Source: Chrysomallon squamiferum (Eukaryota; Animalia; Mollusca). From it: 64,000 nucleotides of DNA. Shown piece by piece: positions 25,610 to 39,200 of the stretch (position 1 is its first letter; each line of letters opens with the position of its first letter). The position numbers and the translations under genes were made by a program. The notes beneath the pieces are model-generated. The model had not been told where the DNA came from. It searched no databases and saw only the letters and a program-made list of their open reading frames with translations. The stretch lies in contig CM022679.1 in NCBI GenBank assembly GCA_012295275.1, forward strand, positions 248,001 through 312,000, written 5' to 3'.

Positions 25610-28600
25610 GTTTAGTGGATATGATAGTGAGAAATCAAGTAGTCAGTGTGTAGTGGATATGATACAGAGAAATCAAATAGTGTGTAGTAGATATGGTGAG
25701 AAATCAAGTAGTCAGTGTGTAGTAGATATGATACAGAGAAAAAAATAGTGTGTAGTAGATATGATACAGAGAAATCAAGTAGTCAGTGTGTAGAATATGA
25801 TACAGAGAAATCAAGTAGTCAGTGTGTAGTAGATACGATACAGAGAAATCAAGTAGTCAGTGTGTAATGGATATGATACAGAGAAATCAAATAGTGTGTA
25901 GTAGATATGACGGTCAGAAATCAAGTAGTCAGTGTGTAGTAGATATGACACAGAGAAATCAAGTAGTCAGTGTGTAGTAGATACGATACAGAGAAATCAA
26001 GTAGTCAGTGTGTAGTAGATATACAGACAAATCAAATAGTGTGTAGTAGATACGATACAGAGAAATCAAGTAGTCAGTGTGTAGTAGATATACAGAGAAA
26101 TCAAATAGTGTGTAGTAGATATGATACAGAGAAATCAAATAGTGTGTAGTAGATATGATACAGAGAAAAAAATAGTGTGTAGTAGATATGATACAGAGAA
26201 ATCAAGTAGTCAGTGTGTAATGGATATGATACAGAGAAATCAAATAGTGTGTAGTAGATATGATGGTGAGAAATCAAGTAGTCAGTGTGTAGTAGATATG
26301 ACAGAGAAATCAAGTAGTCAGCGTGTAGTGGATATGATACAGAGAAATCAAGTAGTCAGTGTGTAATGGATATAATACAGAAATCAAATAGTGTGTAGTA
26401 GATATGATGGTGAGAAATCAAGTAGTGTGTAGTAATATCTACTACACACTACTTGATTTCTCACCATCATTTGAGAAAATAAGTAGTGTGTAGTAGATAT
26501 GATACAGAGAAATCAAGTAGTCAGTGTGTAGTAGATATGACAGAGAAAACAAGTAGTGTGTAGTAGATATTACACAAAGAAAACAAGTAGTGTGTAGTAG
26601 ATATGATACAGAGAAATCAAGTAGTCAGTGTGTAGTAGATATTACACAAAGAAAACTAGTGTGTAGTAGATATACAGAGAAATCAAGTAGTCAGTGTGTA
26701 GTAGATATGATACAGAAATCAAGTAGTCAGTGTGTAGTAGATATGACAGAGAAATCAAGTAGTCAGCGTGTAGTGGATATGATACAGAGAAATCAAGTAG
26801 TCAGTGTGTAATGGATATAATACAGAGAAATCAAATAGTGTGTAGTAGATATGATGGTGAGAAATCAAGTAGTGTGTAGTAATATCTACTACACACTACT
26901 TGATTTCTCACCATCATTTGAGAAAATAAGTAGTGTGTAGTAGATATGATACAGAGAAATCAAGTAGTCAGTGTGTAGTAGATATGACAGAGAAAACAAG
27001 TAGTGTGAGTAGAAACACAAAGAAAACAAGTAGTGTGTAGTAGATATGATACAGAGAAATCAAGTAGTCAGTGTGTAGTAGATATGATACAGAGAAATCA
27101 AGTAGTCAGTGTGTAGTAGATATTACACAAAGAAAACTAGTGTGTAGTAGATATACAGAGAAATCAAGTAGTCAGTGTGTAGTAGATATGATACAGAGAA
27201 ATCAAGTAGTCAGTGTGTAGTAGATATGATAGAGAAATCAAGTAGTCAGTGTGTAGTAGATATGATACAGAGAAATCAAGTAGTGTGTACTAGATATGAT
27301 ACAGAGAAATCAAGTAGTCAGTGTGTAGTAGATATGACAGAAAACAAGTAGTGTGTAGTAGATATGATACAGAGAAATCAAGTAGTCATTGTTTAGTGGA
27401 TATGATACAGAGAAATCAAGTAGTCAGTGTGTAGTAGGTATGATACAGAGAAATCAAGTAGTCAGTGTGTAGTAGATATACAGAGAAATCAAGTAGTCAG
27501 TGTGTAGTAGATACGATACAGAGAAATCAAGTAGTCAGTGTGTAATGGATATGATACAGAGAAATCAAATAGTGTGTAGTAGATATGACGGTGAGAAATC
27601 AAGTAGTCAGTGTGTAGTAGATACGATACAGAGAAATCAAGTAGTCAGTGTGTAGTAGATATGATACAGACAAATCAAATAGTGTGTAGTAGATACGATA
27701 CAGAGAAATCAAGTAGTCAGTGTGTAGTAGATATACAGAGAAATCAAATAGTGTGTAGTAGATATGATACAGAGAAATCAAGTAGTGTGTAGTAGATATG
27801 ATACAGAGAAATCAAGTAGTCAGTGTGTAGTAGATATGATACAGAGAAATCAAGTAGTCAGTGTGTAATGGATATGATACAGAGAAATCAAATAGTGTGT
27901 AGTAGATATGATGGTGAGAAATCAAGTAGTGTGTAGTAATATCTACTACACACTACTTGATTTCTCACCATCATTTGAGAAAATAAGTAGTGTGTAGTAG
28001 ATATGATACAGAGAAATCAAGTAGTCAGTGTGTAGTAGATATGACAGAGAAAACAAGTAGTGTGTAGTAGATATTACACAAAGAAAACAAGTAGTGTGTA
28101 GTAGATATGACAGAGAAATCAAGTAGTCAGTGTGTAGTAGATATGATACAGAGAAATCAAGTAGTCAGTGTGTAGTAGATATGATACAGAGAAATCAAGT
28201 AGTCAGTGTGTAGTAGATATTACACAAAGAAAACAAGTAGTGTGTAGTAGATATACAGATAAATCAAGTAGTCAGTGTGTAGTAGATATGATACAGAGAA
28301 ATCAAGTAGTCAGTGTGTAGTAGATATGATAGAGAAATCAAGTAGTCAGTGTGTAGTAGATATGATACAGAGAAATCAAGTAGTGTGTACTAGATATGAT
28401 ACAGAGAAATCAAGTAGTCAGTGTGTAGTAGATATGACAGAAAACAAGTAGTGTGTAGTAGATATGATACAGAGAAATCAAGTAGTCATTGTTTAGTGGA
28501 TATGATACAGAGAAATCAAGTAGTCAGTGTGTAGTAGGTATGATACAGAGAAATCAAGTAGTCAGTGTGTAGTAGATATACAGAGAAATCAAGTAGTCAG

Positions 28601-30010
28601 TGTGTAGTAGATACGATACAGAGAAATCAAGTAGTCAGTGTGTAGTAGATATGACACAGAGAAAACAAGTAGTGTGTAGTAGATATGGTACAGAGAAATC
28701 AAGTAGTCAGTGTGTAGTAGATATACAGAGAAATCAAGTAGTCAGTGTGTAGTAGATATGATACAGAGAAATCAAGTAGTCAGTGTGTAGTAGATATGAC
28801 AGAGAAAACAAGTAGTGTGTAGTAGATATGATACAGAGAAATCAAGTAGTCATTGTTTAGTGGATATGATACAGAGAAATCAAGTAGTCAGTGTGTAGTA
28901 GATATACAGAGAAGTCAAGTAGTCAGTGTGTAGTAGATATGATACAGAGAAATCAAGTAGTCTGTGTAGTAGATATACAGAGAAATCAAGTAGTCAGTGT
29001 GTAGTAGATACGATACAGAGAAATCAAGTAGTGTGTAGTAGATATGACACAGAAAACAAGTAGTGTGTAGTAGATATGATACAGAGAAATCAAGTAGTCA
29101 GTGTGTAGTAGATATACAGAGAAATCAAGTAGTCAGTGTGTAGTAGATATGATAGAGAGAAATCAAGTAGTCAGTGTGTAGTAGATGACACAGAGAAATC
29201 AAATAGTGTGAGTAGATATGATACAGAGAAATCAAGTAGTCTGTGTAGTAGATATGACAGAGAAATCAAGTAGTCAGTGTGTAGTAGATATGACACAGAA
29301 AACAAGTAGTGTGTAGTAGATATGATAGAGAGAAATCAAGTAGTCAGTGTGTAGTAGATATGACACAGAGAAAACAAGTAGTGTGTAGTAGATATGATAC
29401 AGAGAAATCAAGTAGTCAGTGTGTAGTAGATATACAGAGAAATCAAGTAGTCAGTGTAGTAGATATGACACAGAGAAATCAAATAGTGTGAGTAGATATG
29501 ATACAGAGAAATCAAGTAGTCTGTGTAGTAGATATGACACAGAGAAATCAAATAGTGTGTAGTAGATATGACACAGAGAAATCAAATAGTGTGTAGTAGA
29601 TACGATACAGAGAGATCAAGTAGTCAGTGTGTAGTAAATATGATACAGAGAAATCAAGTAGTCAGTGTGTAGTAGATATGTCACAGAGAAATCAAGTAGT
29701 CAGTGTGTAGTAGATATGATACAGAGAAAACAAGTAGTCAGTGTGTAGTAGGTATGATACAGAGAAAACAAGTAGTCAGTGTATAGTAGATATGATACAG
29801 AGAAATCAAATAGTGTGAGTAAATATGATACAGAGAAAACAAGTAGTCAGTGTGTAGTAGATATGACAGAGAAATCAAATAGTGTGTAGTAGATATGATA
29901 CAGAGAAAACAAGTAGTCAGTGTGTAGTAGATATGATACAGAGAAAACAAGTAGTCAGTGTGTAGTAGATATGATACAGAGAAAACAAGTAGTATGTAGT
30001 GGATATGATT
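25610..30010. repeat. ~4.4-kb minisatellite array, ~31-38 bp units (agtagatatgatacagagaaatcaagtagtcagtgtgt)
   Basis: Over 100 variant copies with higher-order blocks and three internal inversions. Confidence 0.97.
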
Positions 30011-31651
30011 TCTGACTTGGTCGTTTTTAATTTCACGATAAATACGTTAAAGACTGAAATTAGAAATTATGTATTGTTTCACAAGGGTGTGCGTCTGTGT
30101 GAGTTGTTTTCGCTGGTATTACCACATTACAAATGAAAGATTTGGAAGTTAGATATTTATATAATTATCTTTTTATTATTATCCTTTAATTAATTTAAAT
30201 CAAGAAATCTCACTAATATGTGTTTAACAGTTGCTGAAGTAAAAGAAAAACGTAAAGTAATAAAAATTAATAAAATAAAATTATTTATCAATGGTCCTGG
30301 GAAACTGACGATGTCTTTGGTTAACTGGTGAACCATTAACAAACACAAACAAACAGACAAATAATTAAAACTAGAAATATGTCGCAGTAGCTCGAGCTAA
30401 GGCAGTTTGACGTAGCAAAGTGAGTGAAACGGACATGTTTTCTGCGTGCGCAAGTTCGATCTGATTCCTGTCCGCCCGGGATGAATTTGATCTTTCAGCG
30501 CATTGTGATTCTGCTTTGTTGAGGCAAACATAAAGATGGCTGGCGTTTAAAAAAACATTTTTTATTTATTTTTTTTTTTTTCCAGAGTAGAATACGAACG
30601 TCTAATGAAGGAATTACGTAAACCTGTATGATACCAGTTTACCAAACACACCGGTCACTGGGCGGATCGAACAGTCGTGCACTGCAGTAAATGGTATCAC
30701 AACAACATGCAGATTATGAACTGCTAGTAAAACAACAACTACAACATAATAATATAAATAAATAAATAAATACATAAATAACACAACCAATACCCCCCAA
30801 GAAACTCCCACACGTCACGTGACAATTCCGAAATGTGGAAAGGGGACATTGTATGATTATGATCATGTTGGCGAGTCGTCAGGGAAATGTGAGCGTAGCT
30901 AGCCGCAGCACCGTCTCAGACGTGCGGCCGCGAAGTCGGACAGTCGTAAGTGGACGACAGTCAGTCGTAGTAATTCCTCATCTAAAAGATAACAGTCAAC
31001 CCGGTAACTCCTCGTATTCGGCAACGGAGAGGAAAAATAGATTGATCTGACCAACCAGTGTGAGTATAGCTACTTTATATACTTGGACTAGCAGCCGAAC
31101 AACACATCGTAACAAAGTCTGTGCTCACTAGGCATAGATCAGAACTACAATAATCCCGCTCCCTGGTAGTAAATATCGAGTTAAATATGTTGTTTAGATA
31201 ACTGGTAACAGAGGTGAAGTGTCGCCGCGATGCGTAATTAAACACGATGTAAACCGTAAAAGTTCACGGATGTTCGTTTTCAATATTTCCTTTCCTGCTT
31301 CTATAAATAACGGACATAACGTCACACGGTGCATAACAGTCACGTCACAGTCTCTTCGGGGTGTTTACGGATGAAAGACAAACTTTGATTGCTGTAGGCT
31401 AATAAAACTAGAAAGTGTTTTTATAGCACACATTTCTTCGTGCATTTTCATGTACACACACATGCATGTATATTAAAAAAAAAAAAAAAAGTGTCGAAAG
31501 TTAGTATTTTATGGTGTGAGATTTCAGGTCACAACAAGTTTATCAGGCTGGCCTACGACTTACAGCGCGGAAACCTCTTCCTTTGATTTCGATGCTGTAA
31601 AGATAATCAACGGGGAAATATTTAGCAACAAAAATATTTAAAACATTTTAA

Positions 31652-31740
31652 AGAATATTCAGTGTCTTAAAACGAATTAAATCGTACTTACATCCACAAT
31701 GAATGGATTAGCTGTTTTGAACATCAACAATGACAGGGAA
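31652..31740 (+). mobile_element. hAT transposase C-terminal dimerisation-domain remnant
   Basis: Translates (with a frameshift) to RIFSVLKRIKSYL.STMNGLAVLNINND, matching the hAT/ZMYM1-like consensus ERSFSxLKRIKxYLRSTMxxxRLNxLAxLxI. Confidence 0.65.
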
Positions 31741-32579
31741 AAGTTGTTTGTGCAACTAATTTGCAAAAAAACAAAAACAAACCAAACACGTAAAGCGATT
31801 CAGAATGAACTTGATTTTACTGTTATGTTTATGCTTCTTGTTAAACTACTGTACTGCCATACGTACATCTTCAAAAAGAAAAAAGAGGATTTTTAACAGG
31901 AACAGTCTCAAACTGGTAAAATCTTCAGTGGAAACCGGTTTCAGAATGTACCCATTTGATATATATATACAGTGTCTTTTTATAAACAAAAGATATGATG
32001 TTATACAGATATAATATAAAATTGATATAAAGATTAGAAGCGACTTTGATGCAACAAACGTGATGTGGTTACCCAGTTTCAGATTGTTCAGCGCGAGCTT
32101 CTACAGTAGAAATATATTTTCATTGACAAATATTCTTATGTATAACTAAATAATTCTGTGAAAACGAAAATAAATTAAGTGTGAAAACTTAATGGTGGTT
32201 TTTGACATGTGTTTCTGTATTGGGAAATCTGAAACTCTGGAGATAACAGTTTCAGACTGTACCACGAGAACGTACATGTAAATCAATCTGGGAGTGTACA
32301 GTTAGAAGAATTTATACACCGGTTGTAAAACGTTAGAAACAAAAACAAGATGACAAATAACTGAGACGATAGACAAAAAACCCCCAATAATAATAATAAT
32401 AATTTTTCATCTAATACAGATTCAGCCCAGTAAACAAACAAATCGTGATTTCAGTGCTAATTAAGAAAGAAGCAATCACCGGGTGTATGGAATGACCGGT
32501 ATACAGAATTACCGGATATCACACTGTTACTTGTCACTTTATTTCCCTGCGCCATTTGTAACTTTTTACTGGTATTGTT

Positions 32580-32926
32580 GCTATACTATCACATACTACT
32601 ACTGCTATTACCATTACTATTACTTCTACTTCTACTACTACTACTACTTTAACTACTACTTCTATTGCTACTACTACTATTACTACTACTGAATTCTGAA
32701 TGGAGTGATCAAGAAAATATTCGTTAGAAATATACAATGGTCTTTTATCTAAAAAGTTTTATGCTTTGGCACCCCCAAAAACCCTCCCCCCAAAACCCCC
32801 ACCCTTTAAAAACATTACCGTCCCAAAAATCTAATGAAAAACAAAAGCAACCAAAAAAAATAAATAATAAATAAATAAATAAATAAATAAAAATAATAAT
32901 AATAATAATAATAATAATATTAATAA

Positions 32927-32985
<59 letters not shown>

Positions 32986-33000
32986 AATAATAATAATCAT
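32580..33000. repeat. (TAC)n and (TAAA)n/(TAA)n microsatellites
   Basis: Simple repeats visible at ~32580-32690 and ~32860-33000. Confidence 0.85.
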
Positions 33001-33329
33001 AACAATAGAAACCAAAACAACATAAAACCAGTGCTTTTGCTTCTCCGTACACACGACTTCAGTTTAAAAGTGAACAAAAATTATATTTGTTTTATTTCCG
33101 TATTTAAAACCCCCCACACCAATAAACGAGAAAAAAAAGAAGGTAATAAACAAACAACAATAATAAATACGCGCTTTAAATGACGCTTACTGGTTGACGG
33201 GTTCGAAAATCTTAAAAATTTATTATTGCGTTATTTTTTTCATTGACAACTTTCTGTGTTTTATAAGGCAATATATCACATAAATTATGGGTGAGATCTG
33301 ATCTACCTTCGTAGCCGAATAACGTGACA

Positions 33330-34030
33330 GTAATATGTATAAGTGTAGACAATACAGTGATATTAATAAGAGTACACAACAGTCATATTATTAAGTGTAG
33401 ACAATACAGTGGTATTAATAAGTGTACACCATACAGTGATATTAATAACTGTACACAACAGTCATATTATTAAGTGTAGATAATACAGTGATATTAATAA
33501 GTATACACAACAGTCATATTATTAAGTGTAGACAATACAGTGATATTAATCAGTATACACAACAGTCATATTAAGTGTACACAATACAGTGATATTAATA
33601 AGTGTACACAATACAGTGATATTAATAAGTATAGACAATGCATTGATATTAATAAGCATAGACAACACAGTGATATTTATTAATGTACACAATACCGTGA
33701 TATTAAGTGTGCACAATACAGTAATATTAACACGTATGAACAACAGTAATATTAATAAGTGTACACAATACAGTGATATTAACTCATAAACAATACAATG
33801 ATATTAATACATGTATACAATAGAGTAATATTAATGTGTACACAATACAGTGATATTAATACGTATAAACCATACAGCAGTATTAATAAGTGTACACAAT
33901 ACAGTGATATTAATACGTATAAACCACACTGTAATATTAATAAGTGTACACAACAGTAATATTAATCAGTGTTCGCAATACAGTAATATTAATAAGTGTA
34001 CACAACACAGTGATTTTAATACGTAATAAT
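33330..34030. repeat. ~26-28 bp minisatellite (tacacaatacagtgatattaataagtg)
   Basis: ~25 degenerate tandem copies. Confidence 0.9.
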
Positions 34031-34263
34031 ATGTGATACAGGCACGTGCGAACATCACAGCAACATTTATGATTGTGACATCCAGTCTTACTAAGGCTTT
34101 TAAAAAATATTGAAAGTATTTTAGTCAGTGTTAACGTAAATACAAAATACAAAAGATTAAGTATAATGGTTGTACTAACATCTACCTATTATTATAAAGA
34201 TATTTATCAGCTCTCTCACTCCTTTTTCATTTAATTTCAATTATATATATATATATATTACGC

Positions 34264-34480
34264 CAGTGGCGTGTAGAGGTCTGGTGATGCCTGGGGTCAA
34301 CTCCTTACAAGGCTTGTACTGAGAAATATTATGAGAAAGGAAGATATTTTGAATATGTAAACTCAGATGAAACATAAAATAAATACTTTGTTCGATTTAA
34401 ATATAAAACAACCACATTTATTAAGTTCGTTTACACAAATGGATGCCACCCCCATTTGGACGCCCCTCTGCACGCCAGTC
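34264..34480. mobile_element. Possible small hAT-type MITE
   Basis: Imperfect terminal inverted repeats CAGTGGCGTGTAGAGG / CCTCTGCACGCCAGTC; no clear TSD. Confidence 0.35.
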
Positions 34481-34717
34481 ACACACCCACCCACACCCAC
34501 CCACACACCCACATATTTAAAACTAAGGAGAAAAAAAAAGAAACTAGTATTATTTGCTTTGACAGTTTTATAGACGATGTGGAAATATGACACGAGAGTT
34601 ATAAACAATTCCCTGAAAAGTGCACACATCACACACAGTGTGACCTATCTGTGTACTCCTCTTAGCAGACGTGTCGTATCACCAACTGGTAAGTTGCTCG
34701 TGGGAACGACGTGGCTG

Positions 34718-35845
34718 ATGTTGTGTATATGACATGTTACTAATGTGTTGTGTATATGACATGTATTACTAATGTGTTGTGTATATGACATGTGTTACTA
34801 ATGTGTTGTGTATATGACATGTGTTACTAATGTGTTGTGTATATGACATGTTACTAATGTGTTGTGTATATGACATGCTACTAATGTGTTGTGTATATGG
34901 CATGTGTTACTAATGTGTTGTGTATATGACATGTGTTACTGTGTTGTGTATATGACATGCTACTAATGTGTTGTGTATATGACATGTGTTACTAATGTGT
35001 TGTGTATATGATATGTGTTACTAATGTGTTGTGTATATGACATATGTTACTAATGTGTTGTGTATATGACATGTGTTACTAATGTGTTATGTATATGACA
35101 TGTGTTACTAATGTGTTATGTATATGACATGTGTTACTAATGTGTTGTGTATATGACATGTGTTACTAATGTGTTGTGTATATGACGTGTTACTAATGTG
35201 TTGTGTATATGACATGTGTTACTAATGTGTTGTGTATATGACATGTGTTACTAATGTGTTATGTATTTGACATGTGTTACTAATGTGTTGTGTATATGAC
35301 ATGTGTTACTAATGTGTTGTGTATATGACATGCTACTAATGTGTTGTGTATATGAAATCTGTGTTGTGTATGTAATGTTTTAGTGCTATGAAATCTGTGT
35401 TGTTGTGTATGTAATGTGCTAGTACTATGAAATCTGTGTTGTTGTGTATGTAATGTGTTACTGCTATGAAATCTATGTTGTTGTGTATGTAATGTGTTAG
35501 TACTATGAAATCTGTTGTTGTGTATGTAATGTCTTACTGCTAGGAAATATGTGTTGTTGTGTATGTAATGTGTTGGTACTGTGAAATCTGTGTTGTTGTG
35601 TACGTAATGTGTTACTGCTAGGAAATATGTGTTGTTGTGTATGTAATGTGTTGGTACTATGAAATCTGTTGTTGTGTATGTAATGTCTTACTGCTATGAA
35701 ATCTGTTGTATATATAATGTTACTGCTATGAAATCTGTGTTATTATTTATGTAATGTGTTAGTACTATGAAATCTATGTTGTTGTGTATGTAATGTGTTA
35801 GTACTATGAAATCTGTGTTATTGTGTATTGGATGTGTATAATGTA
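34718..35845. repeat. Compound minisatellite: ~29-bp unit (gtgttactaatgtgttgtgtatatgacat) switching at ~35350 to ~39-bp unit (gtgttgttgtgtatgtaatgtgttagtactatgaaatct)
   Basis: Directly visible tandem arrays. Confidence 0.92.
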
Positions 35846-36222
35846 CTGTCAGACACGGACTAAAGAATAAATCACTTGCACAATATTTACTCGTCCTCAT
35901 TTTCAAAACTTTTAAAAAGAGCGAATATACTTATCGTAGAAACATATATACGTGTGTATATTATTGTTGTTGTTATAGTTGTTTATTATTATTATTATTA
36001 TTATTGTTATTAATAGTTCAGTGTAATGCAGATTTAAAGGATATCCTGTTGATGTTTGTAAAATAGATATATTAGTTCCAGGATATCTGCGTCATCTGTG
36101 ACCGAAGGGATAGACACTTGAAGCTAATTGGTTGTTTATCTGCATACGTTGCTTCTCCCCCCAAAATATTCGAAGTTTCCTTATTTAAAGACGTGAAACA
36201 GTAACAGAGGTCAGATATCACG

Positions 36223-39200
36223 ATGTTGCCTGTAGTCGTAGTTCTCTGTGTTGCTGTAGTGACGTGTAGAGCGCGGTACTGTGCGAATACAGTGCCAGGT
36301 CTAAACAAACAACGTAAAGGAATTGATCTGACTAACCTCGATCTTCTCCCTTTGGACTTTAACTCCGCTGATGGTTTTCTGAGACCAGTCATAGACTACA
36401 CCTGTGACGAGAGAAAAACATGGAGGAATAACCAGAATAACGTAAGTGACAAAAACACTTTTTGTAACTATTTTTATTTTTTAGTGGATATGCTGCTCTG
36501 TAGGATCATGTCATTGTAGAAATATGTTTCTAAATGCCTTTAATGCTTACACTATCAGTATTTTACTGTACAGCAGCTGTAAATAAAATCTACTGCCTTG
36601 TCACACAGGTTTTACCCAGGATGAGGCTGTTAACTGAGGTGTCTGCACTCACGTTGGGTTGTTACATCAACCAGTTTTTTCTTCTCATCAACATCTTTGT
36701 AGACTACTAGCTGCTGCACCCCTTTTATTTCTTTTTAACTAAAGTCATAAAACGTTTTGTTTGTTTTTAACTAGTCATAAAACTCCCTTTTACAACTAAA
36801 CCATTCAACGTTTTATTTGTTTTTAACTAAAGTAATAAAACACCCTTTTAAATCTAAACCATTTCACGTTTATTACTTTTTAACTAAAGTCATAAAACTC
36901 CCTTTTACATCTAAACCATTTCACGTTTTATTTCTTTTTAACTAGACATAAACCTCCCTTTTACATCTAAATCATTTGACGTTTTATTTCTTTTTACACC
37001 TAAACAATTTCAAGTTTTATTTCTTTTTAACTAGTCATAAAACTCCCTTTTACATCTAAAACATTTCACGTTTTATTTCTTTTTAACTAGTTATAAAACA
37101 CCCTTTTACATCTAAACCGTTTCACATTTATTTCTTTTTCACTAAAGTCATAAAACTCCCTTTTACATCTAAACCATTTCACGCTTTATTTCTTTTTAAA
37201 TAGTCATAAAACTCCCTTTTACATCTAAACTATTTCACGTTTTATTTCTTTTTACACCTAAACCATTTGACATTTTATTTCTTTTTAACTAGTCATAAAA
37301 CTCCCTTTTACATTTGAGCCATTTCACGTTTTATTTCTTTTTAACTAGTGATAAAACTCCCTTTTACATCTAAACCATTTCACGTTTATTTCTTTTTAAC
37401 TAAAGTAATAAAACTCCCTTTTACATCTAAACCATTTCACGCTTTATTTCTTTTTAAATAGTCATAAAACTCCCTTTTACATCTAAACTATTTCACGTTT
37501 TATTTCTTTTTACACCTAAACCATTTGACATTTTATTTCTTTTTAACTAGTCATAAAACTCCCTTTTATATCTAAATCATTTGATGTTTTATTTCTTTTT
37601 AACTAGTCATAAAACTCCCTTTTACATCTGAACCATTTCACGTTTTATTTCTTTTTAACTAGTCATAAAACTCCCTTTTACATATAAACCATTTCACGTT
37701 TATTTGTTTTTAACTAAAGTAATAAAACTCCCTTTTACATCTAAACCATTTCACGTTTATTTCTTTTTAACTAAAGTCATAAAACTCCCTTTTACATTTA
37801 AACTATTTCACGTTTATTTCTTTTTAACTAAAGTCATAAAACTCCATGTCACTTAAGTGAAAAATGTGCTTCTAAACCATTTGACGTTTTATTCTACACG
37901 ATGTAAGAAAGAAAAAAGTGTTTGATTTTACAACTAACAAAGAGGAATGACTTTTTAAAAATAATTTTATATCTGATCAGCAAAACAATTAATCGTAGCA
38001 AAAAGTGTTCTTCATTAAAACTCGACCTGATAAAAAGTAAACCGTGGCCTTTAAATGACAAAACAGGATTATTGGATTTACAATTTTTAAAATTATATTT
38101 GATTCAGTTTATTATGGTTTCATATATTTCATTTTATTCACAATGTTTTTATATATAATATTTGATTTATAATGACTTTATATGTAATTTATTTCAGCAA
38201 GAGTTTGACCTGCCTGATCAGGTGTGGGATATTTCTAGAATTCCCGGCGGCTGGCTGAACGCCAACACCGAAATTTTCAAGAATTATAAGGAAATAAAAC
38301 GAACAATGTCCAGAAGTGCGGGTCTGGAAGTCAATTTTTTAAAAGGCGCCTTTTCCTCAAGTGGGTCTTACAAGAGCTCTCAGCACACGATTACAAATTC
38401 CTCACAGTTCATAGAGGAAGTTTCATCTTACAGTTCTGCTATGCGTGTTGATCTTCAAATGCCTTGGTCTCTCAACATGAGCAGAAACGCTAAAACTTTC
38501 ATAGACAGACTACTGAGTTCAGACTTCAACTCTAAAACCGCCTCGTCCTACTTCAGGTTTATTCACTTCTTCGGTACTCACATTTTCCAGTCTGCCAATT
38601 TTGGCGGGCTGATCAAACTTCACCTGGAGACGTCCTCGGATTACTACAAAGGAAAATCTGAGAGAGATGTCAAAGCTCAGGCTGAAGCCTCGTTCCTGAA
38701 AATCCTATCAACCAATGGAGGCTATCAAGGCACCAACACTCAAGTGGACGAAACATTCAGAAAGAAAACTACTCAAACTATTCGGTATGTTATTTTACAA
38801 CAACAATAAACTACTATTGCTACTATACCACTACTACAATTACTACTACTCCTGTAGTTACTATTGGTATTACTGTTATTAATTTAATCATTTGCAAATT
38901 TTAAATAATTATTAAAATGCAAATATAAAATTATCCGTTTATTATTATTGTTTACTACATATAAGCATAACACATGAAACCCAATGTCGGCAACGACAGA
39001 GCAATGGTAAGAAAAATAATAACGTTGAGGATGATGGCGAATAACTAAGCAAACTAAATCTTATTAATGTGTCTTTGTGTGTTGATTTATTTATGCTGCA
39101 GATATTACGGCGGGGACACAAATCTACTTGCTGGTAACGGAATACCAACTTGGCAGCCAACAGTTTCATCAAATCCTTGGCTTTTCTCAGGGCAGTTGAT

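Noticed and set aside
25610-30010. CRISPR-like periodicity (~35 bp) and short ORFs in the array
   Set aside because: No unique spacers and no cas genes; eukaryotic minisatellite, ORFs are repeat translations.
30381-30480. Possible tRNA or tRNA-derived SINE head (tagctcgag... gttcgatc)
   Set aside because: A/B-box-like words only; no cloverleaf could be folded and spacing is irregular.
30800-31380. CpG-rich patch that could be a promoter or gene start
   Set aside because: No recognisable ORF or linked exon; lies next to hAT debris and may be transposon-derived.
36072-36392. 106-aa - strand ORF conserved at 45047-45367
   Set aside because: Antisense to MACPF exon 1; conservation is explained by the recent duplication.
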